In this document: piece by piece, positions 11,260 through 22,728 of the stretch
Layout: each line of letters begins with the position of its first letter
Position numbering within the stretch: the stretch's first letter is position 1
DNA from: Scyliorhinus canicula
Lineage: Eukaryota
Assembly (NCBI RefSeq): GCF_902713615.1
Contig: NW_024055484.1
Coordinates: 1 to 36,653, forward strand
Direction: 5' to 3'
Length of the DNA: 36,653 nucleotides
Translations under genes and position numbers: made by a program
Notes under the pieces: model-generated
What the model was told of the DNA's origin: nothing
The model's input: only the letters and a program-made list of their open reading frames with translations
Database searches by the model: none

Positions 11260-11450
11260 ATGGCATGGTGGTGCAGTGGGCAGCACTGCTGCCTCACAGC
11301 ACCGTGAATCTCGATTCGATCTCCGCCCTGAGTCGCTCCGCTTTGGAGTTGCACGTGCACCCTGTGTCTAGGTGGAGATCCACGGCTCCAAAATTGTGCA
11401 GGATAGGGGAATTGGACACGTTAAAGTGCCCCTTAATTGGAAAAGAATAT
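11260..11450 (+). mobile_element. Degenerate V-SINE, short-tail type
   Basis: ggcatggtggtgcagtgggcagcactgctgcctcacagc head; gtgccccttaattggaaaa tail. Confidence 0.7.
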
Positions 11451-11782
11451 TTGATGTGATTGTTTTCAGCCAATATGAATGTTGCACAGTTCGGACAGAC
11501 AGAATTAGTTACAAGGCAAAGGGAGTTTTTAATAAATATCAGTTTAATTTCAAAGAGGTTATTGTTGTTGTCTAAAGTTGACCACTTATCAATTAGAATA
11601 AAGCAGTGTGAATAATTCATCGTCTCGTATTTCAGGGACTGTGCTTTGATTTATTTCTTCAAAAACGTGGATCTGTGAGGATTGCGAAAATTTGACTTTA
11701 TGTTAGTTAAGCCGCCTCTGAACTGAGATCCTTACCCCAGATTGTGACAGTCATAATGAACAACTCAGCAACACCAGACAAG

Positions 11783-11995
11783 GGTGGCATGGTGGTGCAG
11801 TGTTTAGCACTGCCTCCTCCCAGGGCTGAGGACCCGCATTCGATCCGAGCCCTGGGTCACTGTCTGTGTGGACTTTGCATATTCTCCCCATGTCTGCGCG
11901 TGCCTCACCCCCACAACCCAAAGCTGTTCAGAGTAGTTGGTTTGGCGACGCTAAACTGCCCCTTCATGAAAACAGGAAGAATTGGGTACTCTAAA
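11783..11995 (+). mobile_element. V-SINE, short-tail type
   Basis: gggtcactgtctgtgtggactttgcatattctcccc core; aattgggtactctaaatt tail. Confidence 0.8.
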
Positions 11996-12259
11996 TTGAT
12001 AGAAGAAGAAACTCAATACAGACTGGAGGAGATGTGGGTATATTTTAACCACTGATGTATCTAGCTTTGGAATGTTAGACTACGCAATGCAGATGGAGCT
12101 TTATTCTATTTTATTCAGTGCTGCACCAGTCCTTGACCTATTTACTGGGGCAGTGGAAAGGGGGCAATTAGTCTAAATATTAATGATCATCTTATTCAGG
12201 AACTGTAGAGTCTGTGGTATGACTAACATTTGTTGTCTCTGCTTAATTGCCCATTGAGA

Positions 12260-13030
12260 AAGTGATGACTTGAATAATTCTTGAATAACTGCAGTCCATA
12301 TGGCGCAGGTACACCCGCAGTGTTGTGATGGAGAGTGTTCCAGGGTTTTGACCAAACGAGAGTGAAGGAACGGCAGTATAGTTTCCAGTTAGGATGGATA
12401 GTGTGTGGTAGGGAAGGGCACAACCAATTGCTGGTGCTCCCATGCATCTGGTGTTCCTGTCGTTCTGCAACATAGAACATACAGTGCAGAAGGAGGCCAT
12501 TCGGCCCATCGAGTCTGCACCGACCCACTTTAGCTCTCAGTTCCACCCTATCCCCGGAACCCAATAACCCTTCCTGAACGTTTTCGTCACTAAGGGCATT
12601 TATCATGGCCAATCCACCTAACCTGCACATCTTTGGACTGTGGGAGGAAACAGGAGCATCCGGACGAAACCCACGCAGCCACGGAGAGAACCTGCAGACT
12701 CCACACAGACAGTGACCCAGAATGCAATCCAGTTGTGACCCTGGCGCTGTGAAGCCACAATGCTATCCACTTGTTCTATCGTGCTGCCTCGGTGGTAGGT
12801 GGTTGACGTTGCAATTTGGAAGGTGCTTTCGATGGAGTCTTGGAAAGTTGCTGCAGTTCATCTTGTACATCATAGACACAGCTGCCACTGCTTGTCGGTG
12901 ATGGGGGAGTGAATGTTTAAGACGGTGAATGGGGGCTAATTTGGCGGGACGCTTTGTCCTCGACCGTGTTGAATTTCTTGAGTTTTTTTAGAATTTCACT
13001 CAGTGCAGCAAGTTCCAAATCTTCAATCAC
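12260..13030 (-). mobile_element. L2/CR1-like LINE 3' fragment interrupted by the SINE at 12470-12790
   Basis: Same family as 2285-2630; the sequence resumes after the SINE (ggtaggtggttgacgttgcaatttggaaggtgct). Confidence 0.55.
12470..12790 (-). mobile_element. Full-length V-SINE with CR1-type tail
   Basis: catagaacatacagtgcagaaggaggccattcggcccatcgagtctgcaccg...gtgctgcc. Confidence 0.88.
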
Positions 13031-13079
13031 AGACCTGACGTGTAGGTGGTGACGTTCCTTTAGGTGATAATGTTAAAGA

Positions 13080-13380
13080 TCGGAGGTGCGGTGGCACAGG
13101 GGTTAGTACTGCCGCCTCAGTGTTAGAGACCCGTGTTCGATTCAGACCTCGGGTGGAGATTGCACATTTTTCCAGTGTTTGTGTGGGCTTCTTCCGGGTG
13201 CTGCAGTTTCCTCTTACAATCTAAAGATATGCATGCTACATGGATTGGACATGCTAAATTGTTCCAAGGTGGAGCTACGGGGATAGGGTGAGAAATTGTG
13301 TCTAGGTAGTGTGATCTCTCAGAGGGTCGGTGCAGGCTCAATGGGCCGAATGCCTCCTTCTGCGCTGGAGGGAGTCCATG
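13080..13380 (+). mobile_element. Degenerate V-SINE with CR1-type tail
   Basis: gcggtggcacaggggttagtactgccgcctc head; gggtcggtgcaggctcaatgggccgaatgcctccttctg tail. Confidence 0.75.
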
Positions 13381-13659
13381 TTGCATTTTGTATCAAACCA
13401 ATGTCGTGTCTCCATTCTTGCAGTAAGAGACAGGAACTTTTGTGGGGAGGGGTGGAAATTTTACTCTATATCTTAACGTGGCCTGTACCTGACATGAGAG
13501 CCTTTCCCCGCAGAGGTCAAGTAGGCGGAACATCGAACTAACGAGCTGGAGCTATCCAATCAGATAACGGGAAATAAATTGTTCCATTGCTGGGTGAAAT
13601 TACGCGCATTTTAACAATATTTCTTATTTAACAATAAGTCAGTGGACGACATTTTGATA

Positions 13660-13950
13660 ACGATAATCTTTATTATTGTCACAAGCAGGCTTACATTAAA
13701 ACTGCAATGAAGTTACTGTGAAAACCCCCTGGTTGCCAAAATACGGCGCCTGTTCGGGTACACTGAGAGAAAATTCAGAATGTCCAATTCACGTCATAGC
13801 ATGTCTTTGGACTGTGGGAGGAAACCGGAGCACCCGGAGGAAACCCACGCATACACGGAGAGAACGTGCAGACTCCGCGCAGTGAGCCAAGCCAGGAAGC
13901 GAACCTCGGACCCTGGAGCTGTGAAGCAACCATACGACCGTGCCGCAGCT
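13660..13950 (-). mobile_element. V-SINE with third tail type (tcacaagtaggc...gaagttactgtgaaaa)
   Basis: Core ggaggaaaccggagcacccggaggaaacccacgca joined to the tail also seen at 26825, 27435, 17288, 22010 and 33490. Confidence 0.8.
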
Positions 13951-14069
13951 GCCAAAGACCGAAATGATTCTCCAACTCATGTTCTGCAAGCCGGATTATG
14001 CTCACCGTGAGAGTGGATGCGAGTATGTGTGGAGTGTGCGCGTGAATGAGACTATGGAAACTGGGAGTG

Positions 14070-14860
14070 AGCCATCCTGACACACACACACACATTTCAC
14101 TCTCTCACCCGCAAACACACACACACACACACACTCATACTCTGACATATTCTCCCTTACACACACTCACTCATCCTATCACAGTTACATTCTCACTCTT
14201 AGACATTCCCTCCCTCACGCACCCCCGCACAGACTATGAATTACACCTGTGCTTCTGTCTCTCACACGCACTCTCTCTCAAAACACAAACATGTAATCAC
14301 GTTCTCCCATGCACTCACATGGTGACGGAGAAAGCACTCAGACGCACATACTCACACTCTCTTACAAACAGACACACTCTCTCAAATTCACCTTTCTACC
14401 GACACATTTTCTCTCTCACTCTCTCTCTCACACACACTACCCGTCTCTCACAGACTCTCTGCTAGGCACATGCCCTCTTCATATAACATACATCCTCTCA
14501 CGTGCTCTCTCTCCCACATGCACACTCTCAGGGACAAACGCACACAATTTATCTCTGTCTTTCATCCGCCCGCTCTCTCCCACACTCTATCACACACACA
14601 TTCGGTCTCTCTCACACACTTACTCAGACACACTCTCACACAAAGGGTCTCTCTCACACAACATCCCTCACATAAACAGTATCTCGCTCACACACTCCCT
14701 ACCACACACACGTTCCATTAAACACTCTCTCACATGCATACTCTCCCTACCACGCAAACACATACAGACAGACTCAGATCCACGCCTACTCTCTCTCCCA
14801 GAGACACATACTGACTTACAGACGGACGCTATCTCACTCCCTCACACCGTTCTTTATCAC
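14070..14860. repeat. Degenerate (CA)/(CT) low-complexity tract
   Basis: Continuous cacacac/ctctctc composition; produces the His/Thr/Leu/Ser-rich spurious ORFs. Confidence 0.9.
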
Positions 14861-14869
14861 AAAGTGCTG

Positions 14870-15196
14870 CTGATTGTGAAGTACACGTCTCAGTTAGCTG
14901 GATTGTGACGTACACATCTCAGTTAGGTGGATTGTGACGTACACATCTCAGTTTGCTGGATTGTGACGTACACAGCTCGGTTAGCTGGATTGTGATGTAC
15001 ACAGCTCGGTTAGCTGGACTGTGACGTCCACAGCTCAGTTAGTTAGATTGTGACGTACACAGCTCAGTTAGCTGGATTGTGATGTACACAGCTCAGTTAG
15101 TTAGATTGTGACGTACACACAACCCAGTCAGCTGGATTGTGACGTACACACAACCCAGTTAGCTGGATTGTGACGTACACAGCTCAGTTAGCTGGA
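14870..15196. repeat. 29-bp minisatellite, 11 copies plus a partial (CAGCTCAGTTAGCTGGATTGTGACGTACA)
   Basis: gattgtga(-like) at 14872, 14901, 14930, 14959, 14988, 15017, 15046, 15075, 15104, 15135, 15166. Confidence 0.95.
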
Positions 15197-15380
15197 CGGC
15201 TGGTTCGTGATGAGGAACGATCCCAACAGCGCGGGTTCGATTATTGTACCAGCTGACCTTATTCATAAAGGGCCCCATTCTCAACCGTGCCACTCACCTC
15301 AGGTATAGTGACCCTCAGGTTAAAGCACCACTAGTCAGCTCTCAAAAGGAGAGCGCAGTCTCCGTGACTACGGCACCATT
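15180..15380 (+). mobile_element. tRNA-derived SINE of a separate family, fused to the end of the 29-bp array
   Basis: A-box-like gctcagttagctgg and B-box-like gggttcgatt, then body gtgaccctcaggttaaagcaccactagtcagctctc. Confidence 0.6.
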
Positions 15381-15685
15381 TGCATTGTTGAAATAATGGG
15401 GAAACCTCCTGCTTCTCTTTCATTTTAATAAACGTTACACCATTCATATGGCACCAAAATGCCATTTTTTATCCGGTGGGAGAGCAGGAGTAAGATGTGA
15501 GCTCCGAGTGAGGAGGCAAAGAGGTATGAATCTCAAATGAGAGACTAATAGAAGCTTAAATGTCGATGTAACTTTTAATGGGGAAATGTTAGCATAAACG
15601 CATAGCTTGAGGCACATTTTGAAATGTTTGGTTACTTAAACTCAAATATAGAGTCTAACTTGTTGAATGGGCCATTCTCTCCCAG

Positions 15686-15982
15686 CGACACCGTCTCCGC
15701 CCACTCTCTACAGTCTGGTCTCCTCCTGTCAACAACACAACACCGACGGCTCCGTGACCTACGGCTGTTTGGCGATGGACTACTCCCCAGAAATCACCAG
15801 CCTTACCTGGAAGAAAGATGGGCAGCCGATCACCACTGGAGTTAAGAAATATCCGTCAGTGAGAAACAAGAAGGGAACCTACACCCTGAGCAGCCAGTAA
15901 ACCATCACCGAGTCAGAGGGGGGATGCAGCAACATCAGCTGTGAGGTTCGACACAGCGGCTCAGACAAGAGCATTGAAATGC
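15686..15982 (+). pseudogene. IGHM: Cmu1 (CH1) exon with premature stop
   Basis: cccAG|(A)[14 protein letters not shown]...[21 protein letters not shown]...TYTLSSQ*TITESEGGCSNISCEVRHSGSDKSIEM|GTAAG; TAA at 15898-15900; 297 bp. Confidence 0.95.
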
Positions 15983-16181
15983 GTAAGTGTTGTCGAACAT
16001 GTGAAAACAGAAACGCTGTGATTAATTTATTCATAACTTTGGTTATGACACATTTATGGCACACTACACAGTTCGGATTCCAGAAAATAATATTGAGCGC
16101 AGAGTAACTGTGAAAAAATAATAAGTCAGTTTATTTGTTACAACATCTTCTGCAATAATGTCTAACTTATGGTCCTTGAAG

Positions 16182-16493
16182 TTCCTAGAAATGACATCCA
16201 TCCACATGTTCTCCTCACCGTGAGTCCCAATGAAGAAATCACAAGACAGAAATTTGCAACCATCATCTGTTCAATCATCCATTTCCAGCCAAATTCAATC
16301 ACGGTGAAGTGGCTGAAGAATGGACAATCCGTGGGTTCAGGAATTGTCACCTCTCCCGCCTGTGAAGTGAACGGGAACTTCTCGGCGAGCAGTCGGCTGA
16401 CAGTCTCCGCTGGGGAATGGTTCAGCAAAGCGGTCTATACCTGCCAGGTCACTCATCAAGAGGTCACCCGAAGTCTCAACATCGCGTCGTCTG
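16182..16493 (+). pseudogene. IGHM: Cmu2 (CH2) exon; 5' boundary ambiguous (16182 in frame, 16189 out of frame)
   Basis: [40 protein letters not shown]...[15 protein letters not shown]...[14 protein letters not shown]; donor GTAAG at 16494. Confidence 0.92.
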
Positions 16494-16759
16494 GTAAGAG
16501 ACACAGACAGGGGAAACTATAGATCATCCTGCACTCTGATGTTAATCAACACCAGAAATGTATTGAAGTTAATGCAAAGCACAGATCAATTTCTAATTTA
16601 CTGCCTACTTTGTGATTCATTCTAATGTAAGAGCTGCATTGGACTTGCTCACCATTCAAGATTTGATCAAAACAGCAAATAATACTTCCCTTTACTTTGA
16701 AGACCTTTAGTGAGTGAGGTGGACTTGATATCAGCTTTATCCTGAGACAGCGGATTGGA

Positions 16760-17640
16760 ACATAGAACATTACAGCGACCTCGATGTTGCACCGACCTGT
16801 GAAACCACTCTAAAACTCATCTACGCTATTGCCTTAACATCCATATGTTTATCCAATGACCATTTAAATGCCATTAATGTTGGCGAGTCTACTACTGTTG
16901 CAGGCAGGGCATTCCACGCCCTTACCACTCTCTGAGTAAAGAACCTACCTCTGACATCTATCCTATATTCATCTTCCCTCAATTTAAAGCTATTTCCCCT
17001 CGTGCTAGACATCTCCATCCGAGGAAAAAGCTCTCACTGTCCACCCTATCTAATCCTCTGATCATCTTGTATGCCTCAATTAAGTCACCTCTTAACCTTC
17101 TTCTCTCTAACGAAAACAGCCTCAAGTCCCTCATCTTCCCTCAAAAGATCTTCCCTCCATACCAGGCAACATCCTGGTAAATCTCCTCTACACCCTTTCC
17201 AATGCTTCCACATCCTTCCTATAATGCGGTGACCAGAACTGCACGCAATACTCCAAATGCGGCCGCAACAGAGTTATGTACAACGGAAATGAAAAAAATG
17301 AAAATTGCTTACTGTCACCAGTAGGCTTCAAATGAAGTTACTGTGAAAAGCCCCTAGTTGCCACATTCCGGCGCCTGTTCAGGGAGGCTGTTATGGGAAT
17401 ACAAACCATGTTTGTGGCTTGCTTTGGTCTGCTTTCAAAGCCAGCGATTAGCCCAGTGAGCTAAACAGCCCCTGCAACTGCAACGTGACCTCATGGCTCC
17501 GAAGCTCAATCCCTCTACCAATAAAAGCTAACACACCGTACGCCTTCTTAACAGCCCTCTCAAAGTGGGTGGCAACTTTCAGGGATCTATGTACATGGAC
17601 ACAGAGATCTCTCTGCTCATCCTCACTACCAAGAATCTTG
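16760..17640 (-). mobile_element. CR1 LINE 3' fragment interrupted by the SINE at 17288-17470
   Basis: TRGNSFKLR...VRGRFFTQRVVRAWNALP (ORF 16821-17018); catagaacat tail at about 16760. Confidence 0.85.
17288..17470 (-). mobile_element. Short tRNA-derived SINE (tail shared with 13660-type SINEs)
   Basis: gaaatgaaa...gtaggcttca..gaagttactgtgaaaagcccctag...aaagccagcgattagcccag; similar to 22010-22170 and 33490-33675. Confidence 0.75.
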
Positions 17641-17839
17641 GATTTGAGAGGCAGCGGGTGTCTGGAACGCTTTACTGCTGACAGCTCCGGGGGAAAGTGT
17701 TGGAAAGTTCATCCAACCTATTTATAATTCAGCCTTCATTACTTAATTCCAGAGATCAGGAACAGTGTATTCTGCATTGGGAATACTGCAATGCAGTTGT
17801 TAGATGGATTCCAGGGCTGAACGACTTTGACAATGAGAA

Positions 17840-18160
17840 TAGCGATTAGCACTGCTACATCTTAGCGCCACGACCCCGGTTTCGATTTTGGTTTTGGCTG
17901 ACTGCCAAACTGTAAGGAGTTTCTACATCCTCCCCGTGTGTGCTTGGGTTTCCTCCGGGTACTCCGGTTTCCTCCCACAGTCCAAAGATGGGCAGGTTAG
18001 GTAGATTGGCCGTGCACAATTGTCCTTTAGAGTCTAGCGGTTCCATGGGGTCATAGGGTTATGGGGAAGGGCGGGGGAGTGGTTGTTGGTAGGGTGCTCT
18101 TTCGAGGGTCGGTGCAGACTCGATGGACCGATTGGTGCACTTCTTCACGGTAGTGATTCT
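17840..18160 (+). mobile_element. Degenerate V-SINE with CR1-type tail
   Basis: gggtttcctccgggtactccggtttcctcccacagtccaaagatg core; gggtcggtgcagactcgatgg tail. Confidence 0.8.
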
Positions 18161-18195
18161 ATAATAGGTTTCACAGACACGCTGCTTACCACTGT

Positions 18196-19245
18196 ACAAA
18201 GAACAAAGAAAAGTACAGCAAAGTCCTCCACGCCTGCGCCGCTCAATGTGCCCTATCTAAAAAGAACCCTCTGTCCTTACTGGGTCCATATCCCTCTATT
18301 TACTCCCTATTCATGTATCCATCCAGATATCGCTTAAATGTTGCTAATGTACCGGGTTCCACCACATCCTTTGGCAGTGCATACCAGACATCCACCACTC
18401 TCTGCGCGATAAAACCTATCCGCACATCTCCCGTAAACTTTCCCTCTCTCATCTTTAACCTGTGGCCCCTTGTAATTGACACTCCATCCTTGAAAAAAAC
18501 CTCTGACAGCAAACCTGCCTAATTCTCTCAGAATTTTGTAGACCTCTATCCGGTGTCCCCTCAGCCTCCGTCTTGGCAGTAAAAGCATTCCTAGTTTTTT
18601 TCAAATGCTCCTCATAGCCAACACCTTCAAGAGCAGGCAGCACCCTGGTGAACCTTCTTTGCACTCTCTCCAAAGCGTCCACGTTCTTCTGATAATGTCG
18701 TGAAAAGAATTGCACGCAATACTCCAAATGCAGCCGATCCAAACTTTTATATAGCTGCAACATGATTTCCCAACTCCTGCACTCAATGCCCTGGCTGATG
18801 AAGGGAAGCATGCCATTTGCCTTCATAATCACCGTGGCCACCTATGTTACCACTAGAGAACTGTGGACCTGCATGCCAAGGTCCCTTTGTATGTTAATGG
18901 TCCAAGCGTTCTGCCATTTACGGTATAATTCATAACCACATATGATCCTCCAAAATGCATCACCTCACATTTGTCCGGATTAAACTCCGTCTGCTATTTC
19001 TGTGCCCAAGTCTCCAATCTATCTATCCCACTTGTACCCTCTGACCATCCTCGGAACAATCGGCAATTCCGCCAATTTCGTGTCATCCGCAAACTTGTTA
19101 TCAGACCACCCACATTTGTCTCCAGATCTTTGATCTCTGCTGAACACCACTAGTTACAGATATCCATTCAGAAAAAAAACCCTTCCACTATTACTCTCTG
19201 TCTTCTATAACAAAGCCAGTTCTGTTCATCGACGATCTTTCGAGG
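18196..19245 (-). mobile_element. Degenerate CR1 LINE RT fragment
   Basis: ORF 18455-18841 [21 protein letters not shown]...ALERVQRRFTRVLP; acaaagaacaaag tail. Confidence 0.85.
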
Positions 19246-19352
19246 TTGTTATTTCGAAGTTGATTCATTCCCATTTAGAGAGTAAAGGTTGAATACCACT
19301 GTCCTGATTCTGAAGATGAAACGTGGGTTGATTTTCATGTTTTCATTCACAG

Positions 19353-19661
19353 ATCCTTCCCTTTGCACTGTTCCCTCAGTAACAATACTGCCACCGCCAA
19401 TAGAACAGGTCTTACTGGAGGCGACTGTAACCATAACCTGCGTCATTTCGAATGCTCCTTATGGAGTCAACATGTCCTGGAGTGAAGCGAAGAACCCGCT
19501 GAAATCAGAGATTGCCGACCAGCCTGGGGCAGATACTGAGAGCGTGGTCAGGAAATTAAACATCTCGACACAAGCCTGGCTAAGTGGGGCTGTGTTTGAC
19601 TGTGTGGCGAGACATCAGGACCTGCCAACTCCTTTGAGTAATTCGATCCATAAGAAAATAG
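19353..19661 (+). pseudogene. IGHM: Cmu3 (CH3) exon, reading frame intact
   Basis: ttcacAG|(D)[42 protein letters not shown]...[28 protein letters not shown]|GTGAG; 309 bp. Confidence 0.95.
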
Positions 19662-19879
19662 GTGAGCGTTGAGATTAAAGCAATAAGTGAGCCATTGTGT
19701 CTATTTCTAGTGTCAGTGCAACGTTCAATATTTCGCATTCAGTGTATTTCTGATCTACTTTGATTGATAATTCCACTAACTAAACAATCTGGAGTGGCAG
19801 ACGATAAGGTGGAAAATAATATGCAGACGACTGAACAGTGAATTGAAGGCGGTGATATTGGGTTTAGATGGAGCAAGAC

Positions 19880-20760
19880 CATCGACTAGAAGATGTAAGA
19901 GCAGATCAAGGCCATTGGGTCCATTGAGACTGGCTGGCATTCAGCGAGACCGTGACTGATCTCAGGCAATCCTCAATTCCACTTTCCTGCCTTAACCCCA
20001 TATCCCTTTATTTCCTTACTGATTCAAAATCCATCTATCTCAGCCTTGAACACACTGAACGATGCAATTCCTACACCTTTCGCACCACAGAATTCCACAG
20101 ATACGCTGCCAACCGAGAAAAAAAATTCCTCCTCATGTCTGCCTTAAATGGCGATGCCTTCATTTAAGATTAAATCCTCAGGTCCAAGAATCTTCCACAA
20201 GGGATAGGAACCTTTCGGCATTTACCCTGTCAAACCGTCTGAGAATGATTTATGTCGCAATTAGGTCGCCTTCATATTTCTAATATCCAGTGAGTATAGA
20301 CCCAATCTACTCAGCCACTCTTCATAAGAAAATCCATACCCGGGATCAACATCATGAACATTCTCTGGACTGCTTCGAAAACCAATATGTCATCCTTCCC
20401 AAAGTGTTCAAAGAACATCAGGTGTGATTTTGCTGGTGCACTGTGTAGTTTTATCAACACTTCGCTATCTTTATATAGCATTCCCTTCAAAATAAAGCTC
20501 AACATTCAATGCACCTTCCCTGTTACCCAACAACTTGCATGCTAGCTTTTTGCGATGGCTGCAGGAGGATGACAAATCCTTCTTCGGTACAGTTTTCTGC
20601 TGCCTTTCTCCATCTAAATAACATTCAGCTCCTTTATTCCTCCTACCGAAGGAGGTATAATCTCACATTTTCCTACATCATGTTCCTTTTGGTAAATTTC
20701 CCCCCAATCACTTAATCTGACTATCCCTGTGTAGATTACCTGTGTCATTCTCGCCACTTG
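19880..20760 (-). mobile_element. Old CR1 LINE 3' fragment
   Basis: ORF 20311-20505 ...YKDSEVLIKL...VFEAVQRMFMMLIPGM; CR1-like tail near 19890. Confidence 0.7.
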
Positions 20761-20859
20761 CTTTCCTTATTTAAAAAAATATTTTCAGTAAAGGGCGTTT
20801 TGCATACAAATATAAAAATCATAGAAAACATAACAATAACATTATGATAGAAACAACTC

Positions 20860-21060
20860 CAAGGGTGACATGGTGGCGCAGTGGTTAGCACGGCTTTCTC
20901 ATGGTGTAGAGGATCTGGATTTGATCCTGGACCCGGGTCACTGTCCGTGTGGATTTTGCGCATTCTCCCTGCGTCTGCGTGAGTTTCACCCCCACAACCC
21001 CAAGGTTGCAGGGTAGGTGGTTTGACCACGCTATACTGGCCCTTAATTGTAAGAAATTAA
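20860..21060 (+). mobile_element. V-SINE, short-tail type
   Basis: ggtggcgcagtggttagcac head, gggtcactgtccgtgtgg core, ggcccttaattgtaagaa tail. Confidence 0.8.
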
Positions 21061-21199
21061 AAGATGGAAAAAACTCCCCCCAGGTACAATAAACACCCCA
21101 GATCTACCATATTCCCTAACACCCATCCCACCAATCTACCCGCCCCCTCAACTTTTGCCCCCACCCCCACCCCCGCACAACGAGAACAACCCCTAACTC

Positions 21200-21727
21200 T
21201 CCTCCGGCTGAAACTTTAATTCACCATGAAGAAATAATAAATGCCTTCCACACCGGGTGAACTTTATCTTCTCCAAATGCAGGAAATCTGCCAGCTTGCT
21301 CAACCACATCCCCATCTATGGCAGCGGTCAGAATCGCCAGCTGAGCAAAATCCGTCCCCGGGCTATCAGGGAGGCAAATGCCAAGGTGGGCCACTCATTC
21401 TTCGTCCACCGCAGCAAAAAAACGGCTCATCCTCGTGACCCTCATGTGGGGGTTGTGCACCACCTTAATTTGGATGAGGCTCAACCTGCACACGACGAGG
21501 ATGCGTTCACCCTCCTGAAGGTACCTTCCACGCCCCGGACCGCACCCCCTCACCAACCCCTCCTACCATTTGCGCTTGATCTTCTCCTCCAGAACGGCCT
21601 CTATGTCTATCAGCTCTTCATACATGTTGGACACTCCCCTCTCCAATATTATCCTCAATCAGCAGCTTATCGTGCAACACCGGAGGTGGCAGCTCTGGGA
21701 AGGACCACACCTCGCTCCTCCCACCGG

Positions 21728-21760
<33 letters not shown>

Positions 21761-21880
21761 CCCCACCGCCACCACCACCACCTTACCTGCAGGTATCTGA
21801 ACCCATTTCTCTTAGGCAATCCGTATACTTCATCGATTACCTCCAGTCCTGAAAACCTACCCCCTGCAAACGTGGCAATA
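21200..21880 (-). mobile_element. L1 ORF2 C-terminal/3' fragment
   Basis: Minus frames give RRVNASSSCA, LAFASLIARGRILLSW and LADFLHLEKIKF; similar to 33680-34330. Confidence 0.7.
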
Positions 21881-22009
21881 GTACATTAACTTATCAAACG
21901 CTGTTTCGAAATTAATGTATATTATATCTACTGGCTCCGCTTTCTCTAGGCTGCTTGTTATCACCTCAATTAATTGCAATCAATTTGTTGAGAATGATTT
22001 CCCCTTCAT

Positions 22010-22170
22010 AATAATAATAGCCAGTAGGCTTCACTGAAGTTACTGTGAAAAGCCCTTAGTCGCCACATTCCGGCGGCTGTTCAGAGAGGCCGGTAATAAA
22101 TTGAACACGCTCCGGTGGCATTGATGGGCATTATAAACCAGTTGTTTAGCCCTCTGTGCTAAACCATCCT
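22010..22170 (-). mobile_element. Short tRNA-derived SINE
   Basis: gtaggcttcactgaagttactgtgaaaagcccttagtcgccacattccggcg...gtgctaaacc. Confidence 0.7.
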
Positions 22171-22728
22171 CGGCACTATCAGCAACTCTGCCAATTTTGT
22201 GTCAGGAAACCGTGCTGACTCCATTTGATGATATTGTGTATTTCTAAATGCTGTGCTATTACATCGTTATAATGGACACTAAGGGATTGCCACTGACAGA
22301 TGTTAATGTCAGTGGCCTACAGTTACATGCTCTTGACTCCCTTTTGGAATCAATCAGGGTGTTCCATTGGCAGTTTTACAATCCTCTGGGAGTAATGTGG
22401 TGGCGGCGATGGCGGGGGGGGGGGGGGGTGGCGTAGGGGCGGGCGGGGTTCCGGTGTGTGGAGCTGATACACCAGCACAGGACAGTGGGTCCGAATGGCC
22501 TGTTTCCATGCCATACACTTTCTGAAACTTTCTGTTCCAGTCCGTAAATTCTCAGGGAAAAGGATTGTGTCCACCTCTGCTCCGAGCTGGGAAACCGGAC
22601 AGATCCCAAAGTGGGAAATGGAAACCTTTAAAATCCAACACAAAACACATTTCTCCCACATCGAACCCGCGGTTCCATTGTCTCCGGAATTCCCCATTTT
22701 ATTAACATTTATTGTACATTTTCTGCAG

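Noticed and set aside
14046-14908. His/Thr/Leu/Ser-rich ORFs (also 27941-28485)
   Set aside because: Translation products of CA/CT simple repeats.
14870-15196. CRISPR-like array (also considered for the 52-bp and 66-bp arrays)
   Set aside because: Eukaryotic context, head-to-tail units with no unique spacers, no cas genes.
15378-15385. Other octamer matches (15378, about 27146, 36351)
   Set aside because: An 8-mer is expected about once or more by chance in 36 kb on two strands, and these lie at or in repeats or lack supporting motifs.
6078-15685. Additional unjoined D or J segments or RSS pairs in the J-C intron
   Set aside because: No WGxG J-like sequence with a donor or heptamer-spacer-nonamer was recognised by eye; a formal RSS scan was not run.
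21257-21889. 210-aa proline-rich ORF and the poly-C/poly-G runs (about 21730, 22413, 26645, 34445)
   Set aside because: Antisense frame of an L1 fragment; the homopolymers lie in or beside repeats and their lengths may be unreliable.
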